A DNA stretch of 62,802 bases, counting the filler, from Bonamia ostreae (Eukaryota): NCBI GenBank assembly GCA_040357525.1. It is 40 parts of 40 records of this genome, joined end to end, with 100 filler letters (N's around TTAATTAATTAA, not from the genome) between each part and the next. Parts side by side here need not be neighbours in the genome. Positions count along the whole stretch, not along the records: positions 37,848 to 39,317 come from JBDODL010001750.1; positions 39,418 to 40,886 come from JBDODL010001751.1; positions 40,987 to 42,454 come from JBDODL010001752.1; positions 42,555 to 44,022 come from JBDODL010001753.1; positions 44,123 to 45,590 come from JBDODL010001754.1; positions 45,691 to 47,158 come from JBDODL010001755.1; positions 47,259 to 48,725 come from JBDODL010001756.1; positions 48,826 to 50,292 come from JBDODL010001757.1; 32 more parts are not named here. One strand, written 5' to 3'. Each line of letters opens with the position of its first letter. Within the stretch, counting starts at the first letter, position 1. Positions 37,945 through 50,392 of this stretch are shown here, one piece after another. Below the pieces are notes generated by a model. The model was not told the DNA's origin and did no database searches. It saw only the letters and a list, made by a program, of their open reading frames with translations. A program made the position numbers and the translations under genes.

Positions 37945-38820
37945 TTATAATATTCCCAACGTTTGACTGTCAATACCTAAATTAATTCCATCTATACCAA
38001 TATTTTCATCATTAAGAACAATTTTTTGATTATTAGAAGATATAGGCGTTTTTTTGATCTGCCAGTCTGTTTTGAATGAAATATCAAGGAGAGAAAAACC
38101 TCCATCACCCTGCCATTTAGGATTTTCTATTGACATCTCAATCGCCCTAAGTTTGCCATAAATCTTAGATGTAAAGATAATATTATCATTTACACGCATC
38201 GCATTAAGTGCATCGCACAAAAATTCTGGCACATAAGTAGTAAATTTATACTCCTTTCTAACCAACTGTTTTACCGGCAAAAAGATCCCATCTTTTTTGA
38301 TTCCATCTTCAATATATTCATATGACGGTGTGCCCAAATCGGTCTTAAAATAGCACCAAAAAGAAAAACCATCTTGAAAAATAGCATCGCCTAGGTCATT
38401 ATCACAATTTGTCTCTATTTTAAGCATCTTAGACAAATCTTGATAAGCATCTACATAGAATAATTCAGAATACCAAACATTATATCCATTAGACCTCTTA
38501 AGATAGTATGGACCACCATAAGGCAAATCGTCCGAAAATGCAGACTTGCCATCACATGAAATGACATCAAATCCATTAAACGATGTTATTTTGATCTTAA
38601 GGTTTGATTCTGAAATCAATTCTTTAAACTGTGTTCCATCAGCCTTCATCAAATAACAACTTTCTATGTCTCTAATACCACTTTCAACTCTAAATTGAAA
38701 TGGTATCATCCTGTCTGATGGTACAGATAGTTTGAAGCTTGATACATTCCCATTGACTTGATGCAAATATCTATTTTGCTTTGAAATAGAGTCGTACCAT
38801 GGTAAAAAATTAATATTCAT
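37945..38820 (-). CDS. Bacteroidota phage-like structural (tail-region) hypothetical protein
   Basis: Intronless 291 aa. PFQ..GPYYL..WYSELF..LG.P.YEY.E.G..DG.F.P.KQ...K.YKF...PE.LCD..PKWQ..G resembles recalled Bacteroides phage/prophage proteins. Confidence 0.55.
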   Translation of the reverse strand: MNINFLPWYDSISKQNRYLHQVNGNVSSFKLSVPSDRMIPFQFRVESGIRDIESCYLMKADGTQFKELISESNLKIKITSFNGFDVISCDGKSAFSDDLPYGGPYYLKRSNGYNVWYSELFYVDAYQDLSKMLKIETNCDNDLGDAIFQDGFSFWCYFKTDLGTPSYEYIEDGIKKDGIFLPVKQLVRKEYKFTTYVPEFLCDALNAMRVNDNIIFTSKIYGKLRAIEMSIENPKWQGDGGFSLLDISFKTDWQIKKTPISSNNQKIVLNDENIGIDGINLGIDSQTLGIL

Positions 38821-38822
38821 AT

Positions 38823-39317
38823 TTAATTGTTTTCATGTAACAATTTAACTTTTGCCACCAAGGTATCATAATTATATTCTAATCCCTCAATTTGGCCATT
38901 CCCTATATCTGTTTTAACAAGCCCCACTAAGTCTATGTTTGATACGATAGGAAATTCAACGTTTTGCACCTTTATTTTCTTCATTTTGCCATTCAAATGA
39001 CTCCCATTAATAGTGCAGTCATTTGCCGGAAGATCGTCTAAATAGTACAGCTTTTCAATATAAGTAAAGCTCATTCTGTAGTTTTGAGTTAAAACAGATT
39101 TAAACCATCCTGTATTTAGCTCTGTTACCGGAACTTTGTAAACTGGCAATACTTTATAAATAAATCCTGTTACTGCTACCATTGATGGTTGTATAGGGTG
39201 TTGAGCTGTCCATCCAAACTGCAACACAAGTCGAATGAAATAAGTATTGTCTGAAATCTTGAGAGTAAAAGCCCCTTTTCTTTGTGTTGCTTTCAAAAAA
39301 GCACCAAAAGCATCATA
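38823..39317 (-). CDS. Bacteroidota phage-like structural protein C-terminus (5' partial)
   Basis: QN..SF.Y...YY..DLPA....ING..Q.VEFP..LVKTDIGNGQI. Only 2 nt from the next ORF, an operon-like arrangement. Confidence 0.5.
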   Translation of the reverse strand, partial: YDAFGAFLKATQRKGAFTLKISDNTYFIRLVLQFGWTAQHPIQPSMVAVTGFIYKVLPVYKVPVTELNTGWFKSVLTQNYRMSFTYIEKLYYLDDLPANDCTINGSHLNGKMKKIKVQNVEFPIVSNIDLVGLVKTDIGNGQIEGLEYNYDTLVAKVKLLHENN

Positions 39318-39419
39318 NNNNNNNNNNNNNNNNNNNNNNNNNNNNNNNNNNNNNNNNNNNNTTAATTAATTAANNNNNNNNNNNNNNNNNNNNNNNNNNN
39401 NNNNNNNNNNNNNNNNNAT

Positions 39420-40111
39420 AAATTGCTCTTTAATTCTCTTACTAAGATTTTAGAAGAAATGTTAACTTCTATGTATAAATTTGAATATCCAGTTTCGCAA
39501 AGATCTCAAAAATTAACCATCAAAATATTACAAAATATAGAAAATTATATACCCGGGGAAGTTTTTTACTTAACATATTAGCTCAAATTAGCTATAATGA
39601 TAGCTTTTAAATTACAAAGCTTAATAACATCTGGAGAAAAAAGATTATATATCAGTAACATAACAAATGATTCAAGATTAAATTGGCTTTTGTTAGATGA
39701 AGACAAAAAAGAATTGTTGAAAAGATCAAGAGATGTAAACTCTATTCTAGAGAGATCTGTATTGCATCTATCCAAAAACTCTGAAAATTTGAACGGAAAC
39801 TTAATTCACTTTAAAAGTATTATAAAAAATAACAAAATACAAACGGAATTTTGTAATGAGGTTAACTATATTTGCTTAATTATATTCCACCAGAGGGAAG
39901 AAGCTATCAAATTTTTAAATTTAGATATTTGTAAAGAATATATATTTACTTTTGCAAAGAAGTTTTTTTTTATAAAAAAAATAGTGAAATTTGTGTATTG
40001 TTTAATAGTTCTGTTTGTATAAAAAACCGAACATGTCATTTAAGACATATTTGCGCTTGGTGTGGAAAAAAGGAACACAATCTCTACCATTGTTTAAAGT
40101 ACAATAAATAA
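39420..40111 (+). CDS. Protein with C-terminal CCCH zinc finger plus CCHC knuckle, 5' partial, protist
   Basis: Removing introns 39561-39581 (21 nt) and 39962-39984 (23 nt), and possibly 39861-39893, gives CVLFNSSVCIKNRTCHLRH-ICAWCGKKEHNLYHC. Confidence 0.65.
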
Positions 40112-40439
40112 TGTTAAAAATTTTAATTATTTCACCTATAACAAAGATTATAAATTTAATATATGATCTACATGCATTGATGGCCATTTTCGACATATTT
40201 ATTATATATGATCAAATTTTATATTTTATTATATACGAATTTTATAAAACAGGTGACAGAATAAGATAAATTTAATATTAAAAAATTTAATAATATCAGT
40301 TTCCCATGTTTAAAATTTAATAAAATAGATTTTAATATTGTTTTATACTACAACATTTATGTATATGTTAATTATGCAATGCGTTATATGTGTTAATACA
40401 TTTATATATATAAATATATATATAATTATTTGCTATATA

Positions 40440-40886
40440 ATGGTAATTTCCAAATAATACATAAGGGTAATACACTACAAATATCAAAAAAGGAAGAGAT
40501 TAGAAGTGTCTACGAATTTAAGGAAACTCTTGGAACGTTTAGATAATTATTTTTAGAGGTAGTTTTGCTGTTGTAAAGAAAGCTATTAGAAAAAGGGACG
40601 GAATGATATTTGCAATTAAGATAATTAAGAAGAAAAAATTAACTTCAGAAGAACTTGAAACAATAGACGAGGAAGTCGCAATTATGCATAAAGTTATAAT
40701 TATTGAACGATTAGATCAAACATAAAAATATTGTCGGACTTTATGAATTTTATGAATCACCTAAAAGTTTGTTTATGGTTCTAGAGTTTCTTTCGGGTGG
40801 AGAATTATTTGATAGAATTGTATTAAAAGGTCAATACTCGGAAAAAAAGGCTTCCGAATTAGTCAAAGAAGTCTCTTTGGCAATAT
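40440..40886 (+). CDS. CaMK-family Ser/Thr kinase N-lobe, 3' partial (absent from the ORF track)
   Basis: M|GNTLQ..YEFKETLGT|GSFAVVKKA..FAIKII..EVAIMHK|IKHKNIV..LEFLSGGELFDRIVLKGQYSEK. Introns 40443-40465, 40537-40556 and 40693-40714. Confidence 0.92.
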
Positions 40887-41440
40887 NNNNNNNNNNNNNN
40901 NNNNNNNNNNNNNNNNNNNNNNNNNNNNNNTTAATTAATTAANNNNNNNNNNNNNNNNNNNNNNNNNNNNNNNNNNNNNNNNNNNNATGCTAATATTGCT
41001 TTTACATGGATATATGTAATAAGAAATAAAGATGATCTCGTTAAGAAAAAGGGTGTATTTCGTTTGATTAGATAAGGACGCAATGCAAGAACTGAAATAC
41101 AAATGGAAATTGTGACCTTATATTAACGAGTTACCTTTGTTCAATAATAATTTACAAAACTAATTTTTGATAAGATCTATAAGAGCGTAAAAATAATTTA
41201 TTTAATGCTTCATTTGTACATGTAATATAATTATTGGTGATTAGGAATGCCCTATTTACAACATTGGAAATAATAATTATTTGAAAAGGGATCACATCAT
41301 TTCTTTCTCAACCTGTTTTTAAATATCAAGAATACTATCATTATATTTGATTTATTTTATGTTTATACTACTCCGAAATACTACAACTGAAAAATGCAGA
41401 AAAACAATACAGACGTAAAGGCTATATTTATCGTTTCATT

Positions 41441-41590
41441 CGGACCGTTCCCAAAACGAGAAAGTCACGCCCACCAATTCGTGCAGACCGTTCCCAAAAC
41501 GAGAAAGCAACGCTCACGATTTCGTGCAGATCGTTCACAAAACCAGAAAGTCACGCCCACAATTTCATACCGACCGTTCCCAAAGTGAGC
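41441..41590 (+). repeat. ~42-bp tandem repeat x3.5, host
   Basis: GACCGTTCCCAAAACGAGAAAGTCACGCCCAC-type units in tandem. Confidence 0.8.
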
Positions 41591-42764
41591 ATATTTTCGT
41601 GCAAAAGCGTTCCGTGCAATACGTTCGTAGTTCGATGGCGACTGTTCCGTGTTTCCTGCAAACCGTACAGCTTCCTGTGCAAGAAACAGTTCGTGTCATT
41701 TCTTGCAAATGGAACAGTAGTACGTTACAGGGAAATGGTTATGGCGACACCTTTAATTAGAAAACGTCCGAAACAAATAGGTTAGTTCAATAAAGCTTAA
41801 CAAATTCGCTATATATTTCATTGTATTTATGTCATTTGACCATCAAGATATCAACAAACGAAATGACTTCAACAAAAAAATTCAGAACGCCGAAAATATA
41901 GTTTCATTTTTTCTCAGCCTAGTTCTGACAATCATTTAGTGACACATGTTACACGTATCAGGATCTTTAACTATGGTACTAAATTGCCAAATTATATTTA
42001 CGCTTTAGCAAAGTTCATCGTTACTTTATAGTAGGATGTTTCGAAGAAGTACAGGAAATTCAAGAAGTAAAGCTGACTTTTGATCTTTGCAAGATTTAGA
42101 ATATGCAATATTCATTATAGTAATGGAAAGTATTAGTTCTCCATTTTATGTAGCATTTAATGCAGGTTGGTGTCCTCGAATAAACATTTTTTTTGTTTCC
42201 TATCTCCATGATATTTCTCCGAAATTTATAAAAGGGAGAACTGGTTAAGATTCAGCAGATCTTTTTGCACAGTTTTGAATGTGTTCAATGGCCTGAGTGC
42301 ATTAGTACATGGATTCCATAATATGCTGACGATGTTAAAACATCCTGCGTCGTTGGGTGTCGGCTGTCTGGCCGATATGATTTTATCAACAGCCGGCGCA
42401 AGTTATCAGAAATATGTGATTATGATATGTACATGCTATGGATAATTTTACTGTNNNNNNNNNNNNNNNNNNNNNNNNNNNNNNNNNNNNNNNNNNNNTT
42501 AATTAATTAANNNNNNNNNNNNNNNNNNNNNNNNNNNNNNNNNNNNNNNNNNNNTACTTTATATCAATTTTCGGTTCTTACTTGCCACTTTTAACTCATT
42601 TTTCATTTTATTCGTTTTTAAACATTTTTTAGAAATGGGGCTATTAATGTAACCCAAAATACAGTAACTCACAGTAAATGATTTGTGGGAGGGGATGTCT
42701 CAATGGTTCGAACTAAGAGTTCGAATTTCTGTGTTATTATTACCAAAATTAAAAAGTTTGTGGT

Positions 42765-43974
42765 TCATATTAATTTATGTTTAACAACAAATTTTTTTTG
42801 TATCCAAATCCGGCAATCTTCTTTTTTCGATTGCGGATTCAAAAGTCGCCAATTAAACTGTTCGTCTAAAATTTTTTTATAAATCGGTCCCGGTTCAATT
42901 TTAAACTCGTTTTTCAATTCTCTTCCCTTCATTTTTTTTATTTTCGCAAATTTTTTACTAAAATTTAGCTTTGAAATATTTATGTTTTTAACAATTTGGG
43001 AACAAAAAACTCCGAAATACGGACTTTGTTTCCATAAATGACAATTATCGATTTTAAGTTTTACAATCAGATCAAAAATGTCTTTTTCGTCATTTTTGTT
43101 ATTTTCGAACAAAATTTGACCAAACTTAATCATTTCTTTCCAATCGTCGCCACATTTGGCTAAAAAATTCCCGAAATTTAAAATGTCTTTGTTTTTTAAC
43201 GGATTCAACAAAAAAAGTGACAACGCCAATTCACAAAAATTTGTTGTTTTTTCTGCCATTTTTGACGATAACTATTTAGAAAAATTAGTTTTAAACTTTT
43301 AAAGAATTTTCGACGATAAATCGAATCAGAGAAATCTCCTTTTTCTTGTATAAAACTTTAAACGGCGCTAACGGCAATAAAATAGCGCTCAAAATCCAAA
43401 TCGGCCGATTTTTCTTAAAACTCCCAAAATTTAACAAATTGCTAAATTTTAAAATTAAAACTTTTCGACAAAATTTAAAGCCGTTTTTGATTTCTCTTTT
43501 ATTTTTTGACTTTCGATCGAAAAAAAATTTTTTTCTTTATTAAAAATTTAGCCAAAATTAGCAAATTTTAAAATTTTCTAAATTTGGTTAAAACCAAATT
43601 TGAAATCGGGAAAAATGACATTTCGCGGAATTTTAAAAATGACATCGAAAATTTCCATTTCGAAAATAAAATTTAAAGCGATCGAAGGTTTCGGACTTTT
43701 TTCGATAATTTTTAATATTTCGATTCCGAATCTTTCTCTGCTCACTTTGGTCGATAGCGCTTTCTGCCGTTTTTGAATTCAACAATTGCCAAAATTGGAC
43801 AAAAAAAACTTTGAAATCTGGTTTGGCGGCATTAAATATCAAATTGTCATCGATGCCAAATCCAAAACGAGAAGAAAATCTACAAGCTCTTAACACTCGC
43901 AAAGGATCGTCCAAAAAAGTCTTTTTTGGATCCAACGGCGTTTTCAATTTCCATTCCAATAAATCTTTTACGCC
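42765..43974 (-). CDS. CCA1: CCA-adding tRNA nucleotidyltransferase, C-terminal part, protist
   Basis: KTPLDPKKTFLDDPLRVLRACRFSSRFGF..|KALSTKVSRERFGIE..KGREL..PGP..Q..W...NP. Intron 43764-43809. Confidence 0.9.
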
Positions 43975-44122
43975 CTTTATACAATTTGATTTTTGTAAAT
44001 TTTATTTTTGCCAAATCAAATTNNNNNNNNNNNNNNNNNNNNNNNNNNNNNNNNNNNNNNNNNNNNTTAATTAATTAANNNNNNNNNNNNNNNNNNNNNN
44101 NNNNNNNNNNNNNNNNNNNNNN

Positions 44123-44896
44123 TAACTTTTCTTCTTTAGATATATATTCTTCTGTAATCTCTTCTTCTGTAATCTCTTCTTCTGTAATCTCTTCTTCTGA
44201 CATATCTTCTTCTGTAATCTCTTCTTCTGACATATCTTCTTCTGTAATCTCTTCTTTTGTAGTATCTTCTTCCGATATTTCCTTTTCGATTATTTTATCA
44301 TGTCCAATTCTGGAATTTGTTGTTCTGTTATTCTTTGCACAACACAAAGAATAAACATTCGAAACGGTTTTCCTCCAATTGTTTTTTGAACGCACTTTTG
44401 TATCCTCAATTTGAAGATGCTGTGAATAAGAAAGAATGTACCAAAACATGTCCCATTTCATTATCGGCAGCATTTGTTCTTGTAAAGATATAATATCGAC
44501 ATATCCCTTTTCGTCCGCTTTTAAAAAATTATCGTTCAAAGCTTCTGTGCTTTGCAACAAACGTGTCAATATTCTTGTGTTTTTGTATATTTCGATTTGT
44601 GCGTTGAATAAGTGTTCCAAGGGAAACCCTCCACTTCTGAATTGTTGATGTGCTTTGGAAACCAAGATGAACTTGTGCATCTTTGAATTGTCTTTGAGCA
44701 TTGAATGCATCGTTAAAGTATCTTTTATATGATCAACCACTGAGAGTAACTTTTCTTTCATTTCTTGTATAGTCGGAATTTCCTGGTCTTCCTCTATTTC
44801 TAAAAAATATTGCCACGGAATATTGTCGTAAAATTTGGTGACGAAAAGTTTTCTCTTATAATCGTTTTCTTCTTCCAAAAACTTGAAAATGTTCAT
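44123..44896 (-). CDS. Hypothetical protein with divergent La-motif-like segment and acidic EEIT repeats, 3' partial
   Basis: DNFLKADEKGYVDI..S..LQIEDTKVRSKNNW resembles the La motif. 15/30-bp repeats run to the contig end. Confidence 0.5.
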
Positions 44897-45198
44897 TAAA
44901 TCTTTTTATAGAAACTGAAAATTATTGATCAGCCAATACAAATTTCTCAGATTGACACAACTTTTCTATTTTTCTCAATTTGTATAATATTAAAATTGCT
45001 TGAAATCCCTTTGATATATGTGATTCTTTATGCTAAAATTTAGTTATTTCGTCCATTTTTATTCAATCGACTAATTTTTAAAAGAGACCATATAAATTTT
45101 CCAATTCTATCCATTTTTATACCATTTCGGACAGATCAAATTAGCGAAGTTAATTCGTAAAAAAATTTATTCGCAAAAATCAAAAAATGCAATAATAT

Positions 45199-45590
45199 TT
45201 ATTCTTCAAAAATTTCGCTATCAGTCTTCTTCATCATTATCTCCAACGCCATTCTTTTCCTCAGCAATCCCATATCGCTTTGTTTGTAAACCAACGGCAT
45301 TCCATCCGACAAAAACTCGGCCGCTTTGCACACAAAAACACCACAATCGAAACCATTTTCTTGTCTCGGCAAATTTCTGACCATTTTCGTCTCAAACTCC
45401 AATCGCAAATTTTGAGATTTTTTGTCTTTGTGTTCGTCTTCCAAATATCTCCTCAAACTTTTCATCGCTTTTTCGTTCGGTTCCAAAAATGAATCAAAAT
45501 ATTGTATTCTCTTGGTTTTGATGTCGATCACGGCTAATGTCCAATGAGCATTGTTCAGGTTAATCGGAATAAATATTTTGTTCAGAGTGA
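45199..45590 (-). CDS. Ulp1/SENP SUMO protease (peptidase C48) C-terminus, protist
   Basis: IFIPIN..AHWTL..YFDS..PRQENGFDCGVFVC, catalytic H-D-Q-C. Confidence 0.93.
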
Positions 45591-46090
45591 NNNNNNNNNN
45601 NNNNNNNNNNNNNNNNNNNNNNNNNNNNNNNNNNTTAATTAATTAANNNNNNNNNNNNNNNNNNNNNNNNNNNNNNNNNNNNNNNNNNNNTAATAGCAAA
45701 TTCGAAGAAATCATGGTTTTAAACAACTGCTTTATGATAATACAATCGGGGAGCATCAGTTTATGATTTTTATGCTTTATATGATTACCGAATGTCTTAG
45801 AAATTAATTAAAGATCCTATATACAGAAATATTGAAAATATTAAAAAATGATAAAGAAAGAACTAATGATTGATCGAAGAACTCTTTTAGCAAAGACAGA
45901 AAAGGAGCTCTAGAGATATGGCATGGACGCTTCGAAAGAAATGACAGAAACTAAGTCTTACAGGCGATCACAATGAGTAATGTCATTTTTGCCATTTTAA
46001 CAAATTTTATTGGTTTATTTCGCTTTATAGATTAACTAGATATCATAATAGCAGTTCAAATATAATTATTTTAGCGATTTTTTTAATCCA

Positions 46091-47074
46091 ATGGGAATTG
46101 AAGAGAATATTTTCTGCCACCCAAATGATGTTTTTATTAAATTTGTTTAAGATTCCAGTCACTCTTTATTGCCCAGGTTTTATGCACTTCAGTGCTAATT
46201 TTTTTTTATGTTTAGCCAGATTGCTGATATTGATAATTTAAGTTTGTTTAAATATTGTTTTGGGCCCCGTTGTGTCGAAATGCGGGCACTTGTCTTGCAC
46301 AGATTGGTTTTATAATTTTAAGTACTGTTACAATGACTAAAATATTACAACAAAGCATGGAACAGTATTTAAAGCATAGCAATAAGTGCCCAAAATGCAG
46401 ATGTGATATTGACGAGAAATCATTGTTGTTTTCTAAAGAGACTCAGTTTTTTTAATAAAATCGGTTTTGAGACTCAGTGTTTTACCAAAGAGACTCTAAA
46501 TTTGTTGAAAATTTAATTCAATTAAAGAAAACAAGTTTCGACTTTTGAAGTTTATTGTGACCCGGAACCATTTAAACGATGTGGTTGGACAGGTCCCTAT
46601 TCAGAGTTACGAAACCATTTAAAAAAATGTCCTACAATTAGTCTAGAAGTTCCGGACAAAAAGTTTTCGATTAACATTAGTTCAAATGAACCAGATATCG
46701 GTTTATTACTAAATTTTTAAAATAAAAAATATAAATTAACATTGATTGCGGCATTGAAAATATTGACATTAGATGAGATAGCAAAATTGAACGTTGAAGA
46801 CATTGAAAAAATGTCGACAAAAAAATTGCTGAAATTCAGCAAAGATTTTGGGGTGTCAAGTGAAAATGTTTTAGAGAACAAAGAAAGGGTCGATAAAGTT
46901 TTTATATTTAAGAAAAAGTTTATCGATTCCGTTTATATTCCTGAAATGGCGAAGAACTTTGATATGGAGCATATTCCAACAAAGTATTTAATGCGTTTTC
47001 TTAAGCTTAGAAGTTTGAATTTTGTTGTTAAAAATTTTGAACCGTTTCAAAAATTGGGAAAACTAAAAAATTAA
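46091..47074 (+). CDS. RING-HC plus TRAF-type zinc-finger E3 ligase, protist
   Basis: Removing introns 46130-46151, 46177-46242 and 46307-46355 gives YCPVC..PVVSKCGHLSCTDC..CPKCR. Later VYC..CGWTGPYSELRNHLKKCP. Confidence 0.8.
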
Positions 47075-47389
47075 AGAAATATCGTTAAACGGATGTTTAG
47101 AGAAAAAAGACGTTATGGAATTAGTGAGATTGCATAGAAATGAAAAAAAAAATTTACANNNNNNNNNNNNNNNNNNNNNNNNNNNNNNNNNNNNNNNNNN
47201 NNTTAATTAATTAANNNNNNNNNNNNNNNNNNNNNNNNNNNNNNNNNNNNNNNNNNNNATTTTTGCGAGATCTTTCGAATGATATCAAGGAAAAAGCCCA
47301 TGGACTTCATGGCTCACCTGAACAGTCGGATTATTATCGAAATCAATAAGTTTTAAAATCAAAAATAGATACAACCTATAGTTGTATAG

Positions 47390-48235
47390 TTAACATTTTG
47401 TAAGTCATATTTCGCATTTTGGCTTGGTGAAAAACAGAGAACAAATACCTTTTCGTTGGAATTTATAAGCGCATTTCTTATTTCTGCAATACATCGAACA
47501 GGCGTTTTGACATTGCATTTTTTAACTGGACAGCAGTATTCGTCATCCACCGTTCCTGTTTTAAGATGAGAGTTCTGGCTGGAAATGCATTCCGATAAAC
47601 ACTTAAGGCAGAAGGCGTGTTCATAAAAACAACGCTTGTTTCGCAGCCTTGCCTTTAAAAAAAATAAAGAATAATCATCGTAATGTGAATACATTAAGTT
47701 AAGTATAGTATTGAAAGCTCACGGGTTTTTATATCAATACTTATATTGTAGGCAGGCAGAAGTTAAGTTTGCAAAAGTGCATTCATTCCTTTATAAAAAA
47801 AAAAAAAAAAAAACAACCTCTAACCTTACTGGCATCTTTTTTATCACATTGTTTGCAGTTAAAGCACTGGACGGGACTTATCTCCAGGCATGTTGTTGTC
47901 TGAACCAGAAAATACAAAATTAACTTAATAATCAAAATATGCACACTATTGTATTATTCGATTGATGGATATGCTTCAAAACAGAAAAATGAGGATGCTG
48001 ATTCACACACTTCATATCAATAAATTTCAACAGACAAATCATACCTACCATGAAGCGAGTATCTGCTAATTTAGTTAAAAATCTGTGTATCGATAGATTA
48101 AGTATCATTGTATTGCATAAGATTTTGTCACAGTGAATTTTGACAGCAAAAGGCGTTCTAAGCGACATCTTCCTTAAACAGACATCACAATATCCATGGT
48201 TGCATTGCTTGATTGTCACCACTGCCTGGTATAAA
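47390..48235 (-). CDS. RING/IBR-like Cys-rich exons, host
   Basis: QCNHGYCDVC..C..C and HAFCLKC..CPVKKC in separate exons with GT(A) donors. Confidence 0.45.
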
Positions 48236-49954
48236 GATAAAGCCATAGTATGTGAATATTTGGACAGCATTCCTGTAAATGGTATTGTGTACGCACATAA
48301 CATCAGTAAAACTTAAGAAATATACACATAAAACTTATTTCATTTTCTGTTATTCACATGGCGATGTTTGCATACATCTTGCAATTATCTAACTATATCC
48401 ACAATCAGCAATGGTGTGCAATCTGATGAGTACATATATGGGCCCCGTAGTAAAGTAAAAATCAAACCCAAATCCATTGATTAATTGGAATTTTATTGAA
48501 GGCCCATTATTGGTGTAATTTTAAATCCTATAGCTAAAAAAACCAACACTGATACATGTAACCCGCCCAGTATCAATGGGTCACGTCAGGGTACCGGTAT
48601 ATCGTACAATCATTGCTCAATTTATCTTTAAAATTCTAAAGGTTAACTTTGTGTGCTTTTCGCGTCATTTTTCGTTTGTTTTAAAAATAGGCTATTGGTA
48701 TTTTGGAACGGAACGGAACCGGTTGNNNNNNNNNNNNNNNNNNNNNNNNNNNNNNNNNNNNNNNNNNNNTTAATTAATTAANNNNNNNNNNNNNNNNNNN
48801 NNNNNNNNNNNNNNNNNNNNNNNNNATCAGTAGTGAATTTTATCAATTGCATATGAAAATTGCAATTACATTGTCCTTTTCCTATCATATCTTGTAAAGG
48901 GTGACAGGGATTGCCATTGCTTTCCATGCTTATTATTTTTAGCAGACTATGGTATTTGCATGATTGAGAAAACCTTGGTATTGAATTTCAAAGTGCATAC
49001 GAGCATTTATTTCCTTTGTCAAGAATGCCGATTAGAAATCCTACCTGAAAACTTTGAATTCAGGCAACAAGACTGTTATAAAACTTTGATAGAATGACTT
49101 GTTGAGGTTTCATCCACTGGATACCAGCCTGCTTGTGGGTTTCCAAACAAAATACAAACGTCTCGGCCACATTTACATCATTTTGCCCGCTTTCGATCGG
49201 GCACAGTCGCATATAGGTTTAAGATAAATCACATATGAAATTATCGAATGCCAATACATTTTGTCAAATCTGAAGCTGCTGTGGAACAGGCTACTTTTAG
49301 TTGCTTAATTGACTCTGATAGGCTAATATTTTGCCTTAAGTTTGTCTTGAACTAGGCTCTGGATATTTTCGAGAGCTCTACGGATCCAAACCTCCTATGG
49401 AGAGTATAACCATTCTATTGTAATCTCTATGTTGTGTTTCACATAACTCACTTAGCATACCCCCTTTCACGTACCTATTAAACTGTTTGCTAAAATAAGG
49501 ATTTGATCCTGTAGTCCCAGTGATGTAAGTCTACAAAATCTCAAATTCTACCAAGTACTCCCCGAAATATTTCCCATCAAATGTAGGGGATTCAATACCT
49601 GTGTAGTATTGAGAAAGATACCCTGTTTTCATTCCCATTCAATTCTCTGACTTGTGAGGCATATGCATTAGCTTGTTTGATGCCAAAATTTCATCAGGTT
49701 CTATAATTAGAGACTGACTGTTGAAAATGAAAAGTTCCAATATCCCGGTATACGGGGTTATGTAACTTTTCACAGCAAGCTTTATCGTTTCTTCAATCCA
49801 GTCTACTTCCTCTTGAAATCTGAGAGTCAGATTTCATATCTACAAATCGTTCATTGTTAAATGTTTCATTTTATGAATTCACTTCTCATGGTTCCCACAG
49901 CTTATACTTAAAGATAATTTATTTCGCTGCGGCAGTACCAGGTGTATTTTCCTA

Positions 49955-50190
49955 TGTAGTGGTAACGGATGTCTGTTCCGGTGTAGAGGTACCGGATGTT
50001 TGTTCCCGTGTAGAGGTACCGGATGTTTGTTCCGGTGTAGAGGTACCGGATGTTTGTTCCGGTGTAGAGGTACCGGATGTTTGTTCCGGTGTAGTGGTAC
50101 CGGCTGTTTGTTCCGCTGTAGTGGTACCGGATGTTTGTTCCGCTGTAGTGGTACCAAATGTTTGTTCCGGTGTAGTGGTACCGGATGCCT
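49955..50190. repeat. 27-bp minisatellite x~8 (Thr-rich TPEQTSGT on the minus strand) next to a decayed ORF, host
   Basis: GTAG(A/T)GGTACCGGATGTTTGTTCCG(G/C)T units. Confidence 0.9.
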
Positions 50191-50392
50191 GCTTAACTGT
50201 AACGTACCTGATTTTTATTAATCCTGAAGAGTACTAAATAGCTCACAACATTGATGAAAAGGCTTGAATATAGACGCTGTAAATCATCAAATNNNNNNNN
50301 NNNNNNNNNNNNNNNNNNNNNNNNNNNNNNNNNNNNTTAATTAATTAANNNNNNNNNNNNNNNNNNNNNNNNNNNNNNNNNNNNNNNNNNNN

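Noticed and set aside
36278-40886. Phage genes apparently inserted between eukaryotic LTN1 and kinase genes (HGT or endogenous virus)
   Set aside because: They lie on separate contigs ordered only by length, so there is no physical linkage.
41441-41590. CRISPR-like arrays (also 49955-50190, 58720-58875 and 60380-60560)
   Set aside because: These are head-to-tail repeats without unique spacers, there are no cas genes, and the context is eukaryotic.
48826-49830. Long stop-interrupted minus-strand frame
   Set aside because: It looks like a decayed coding sequence, but I could not assign any family.
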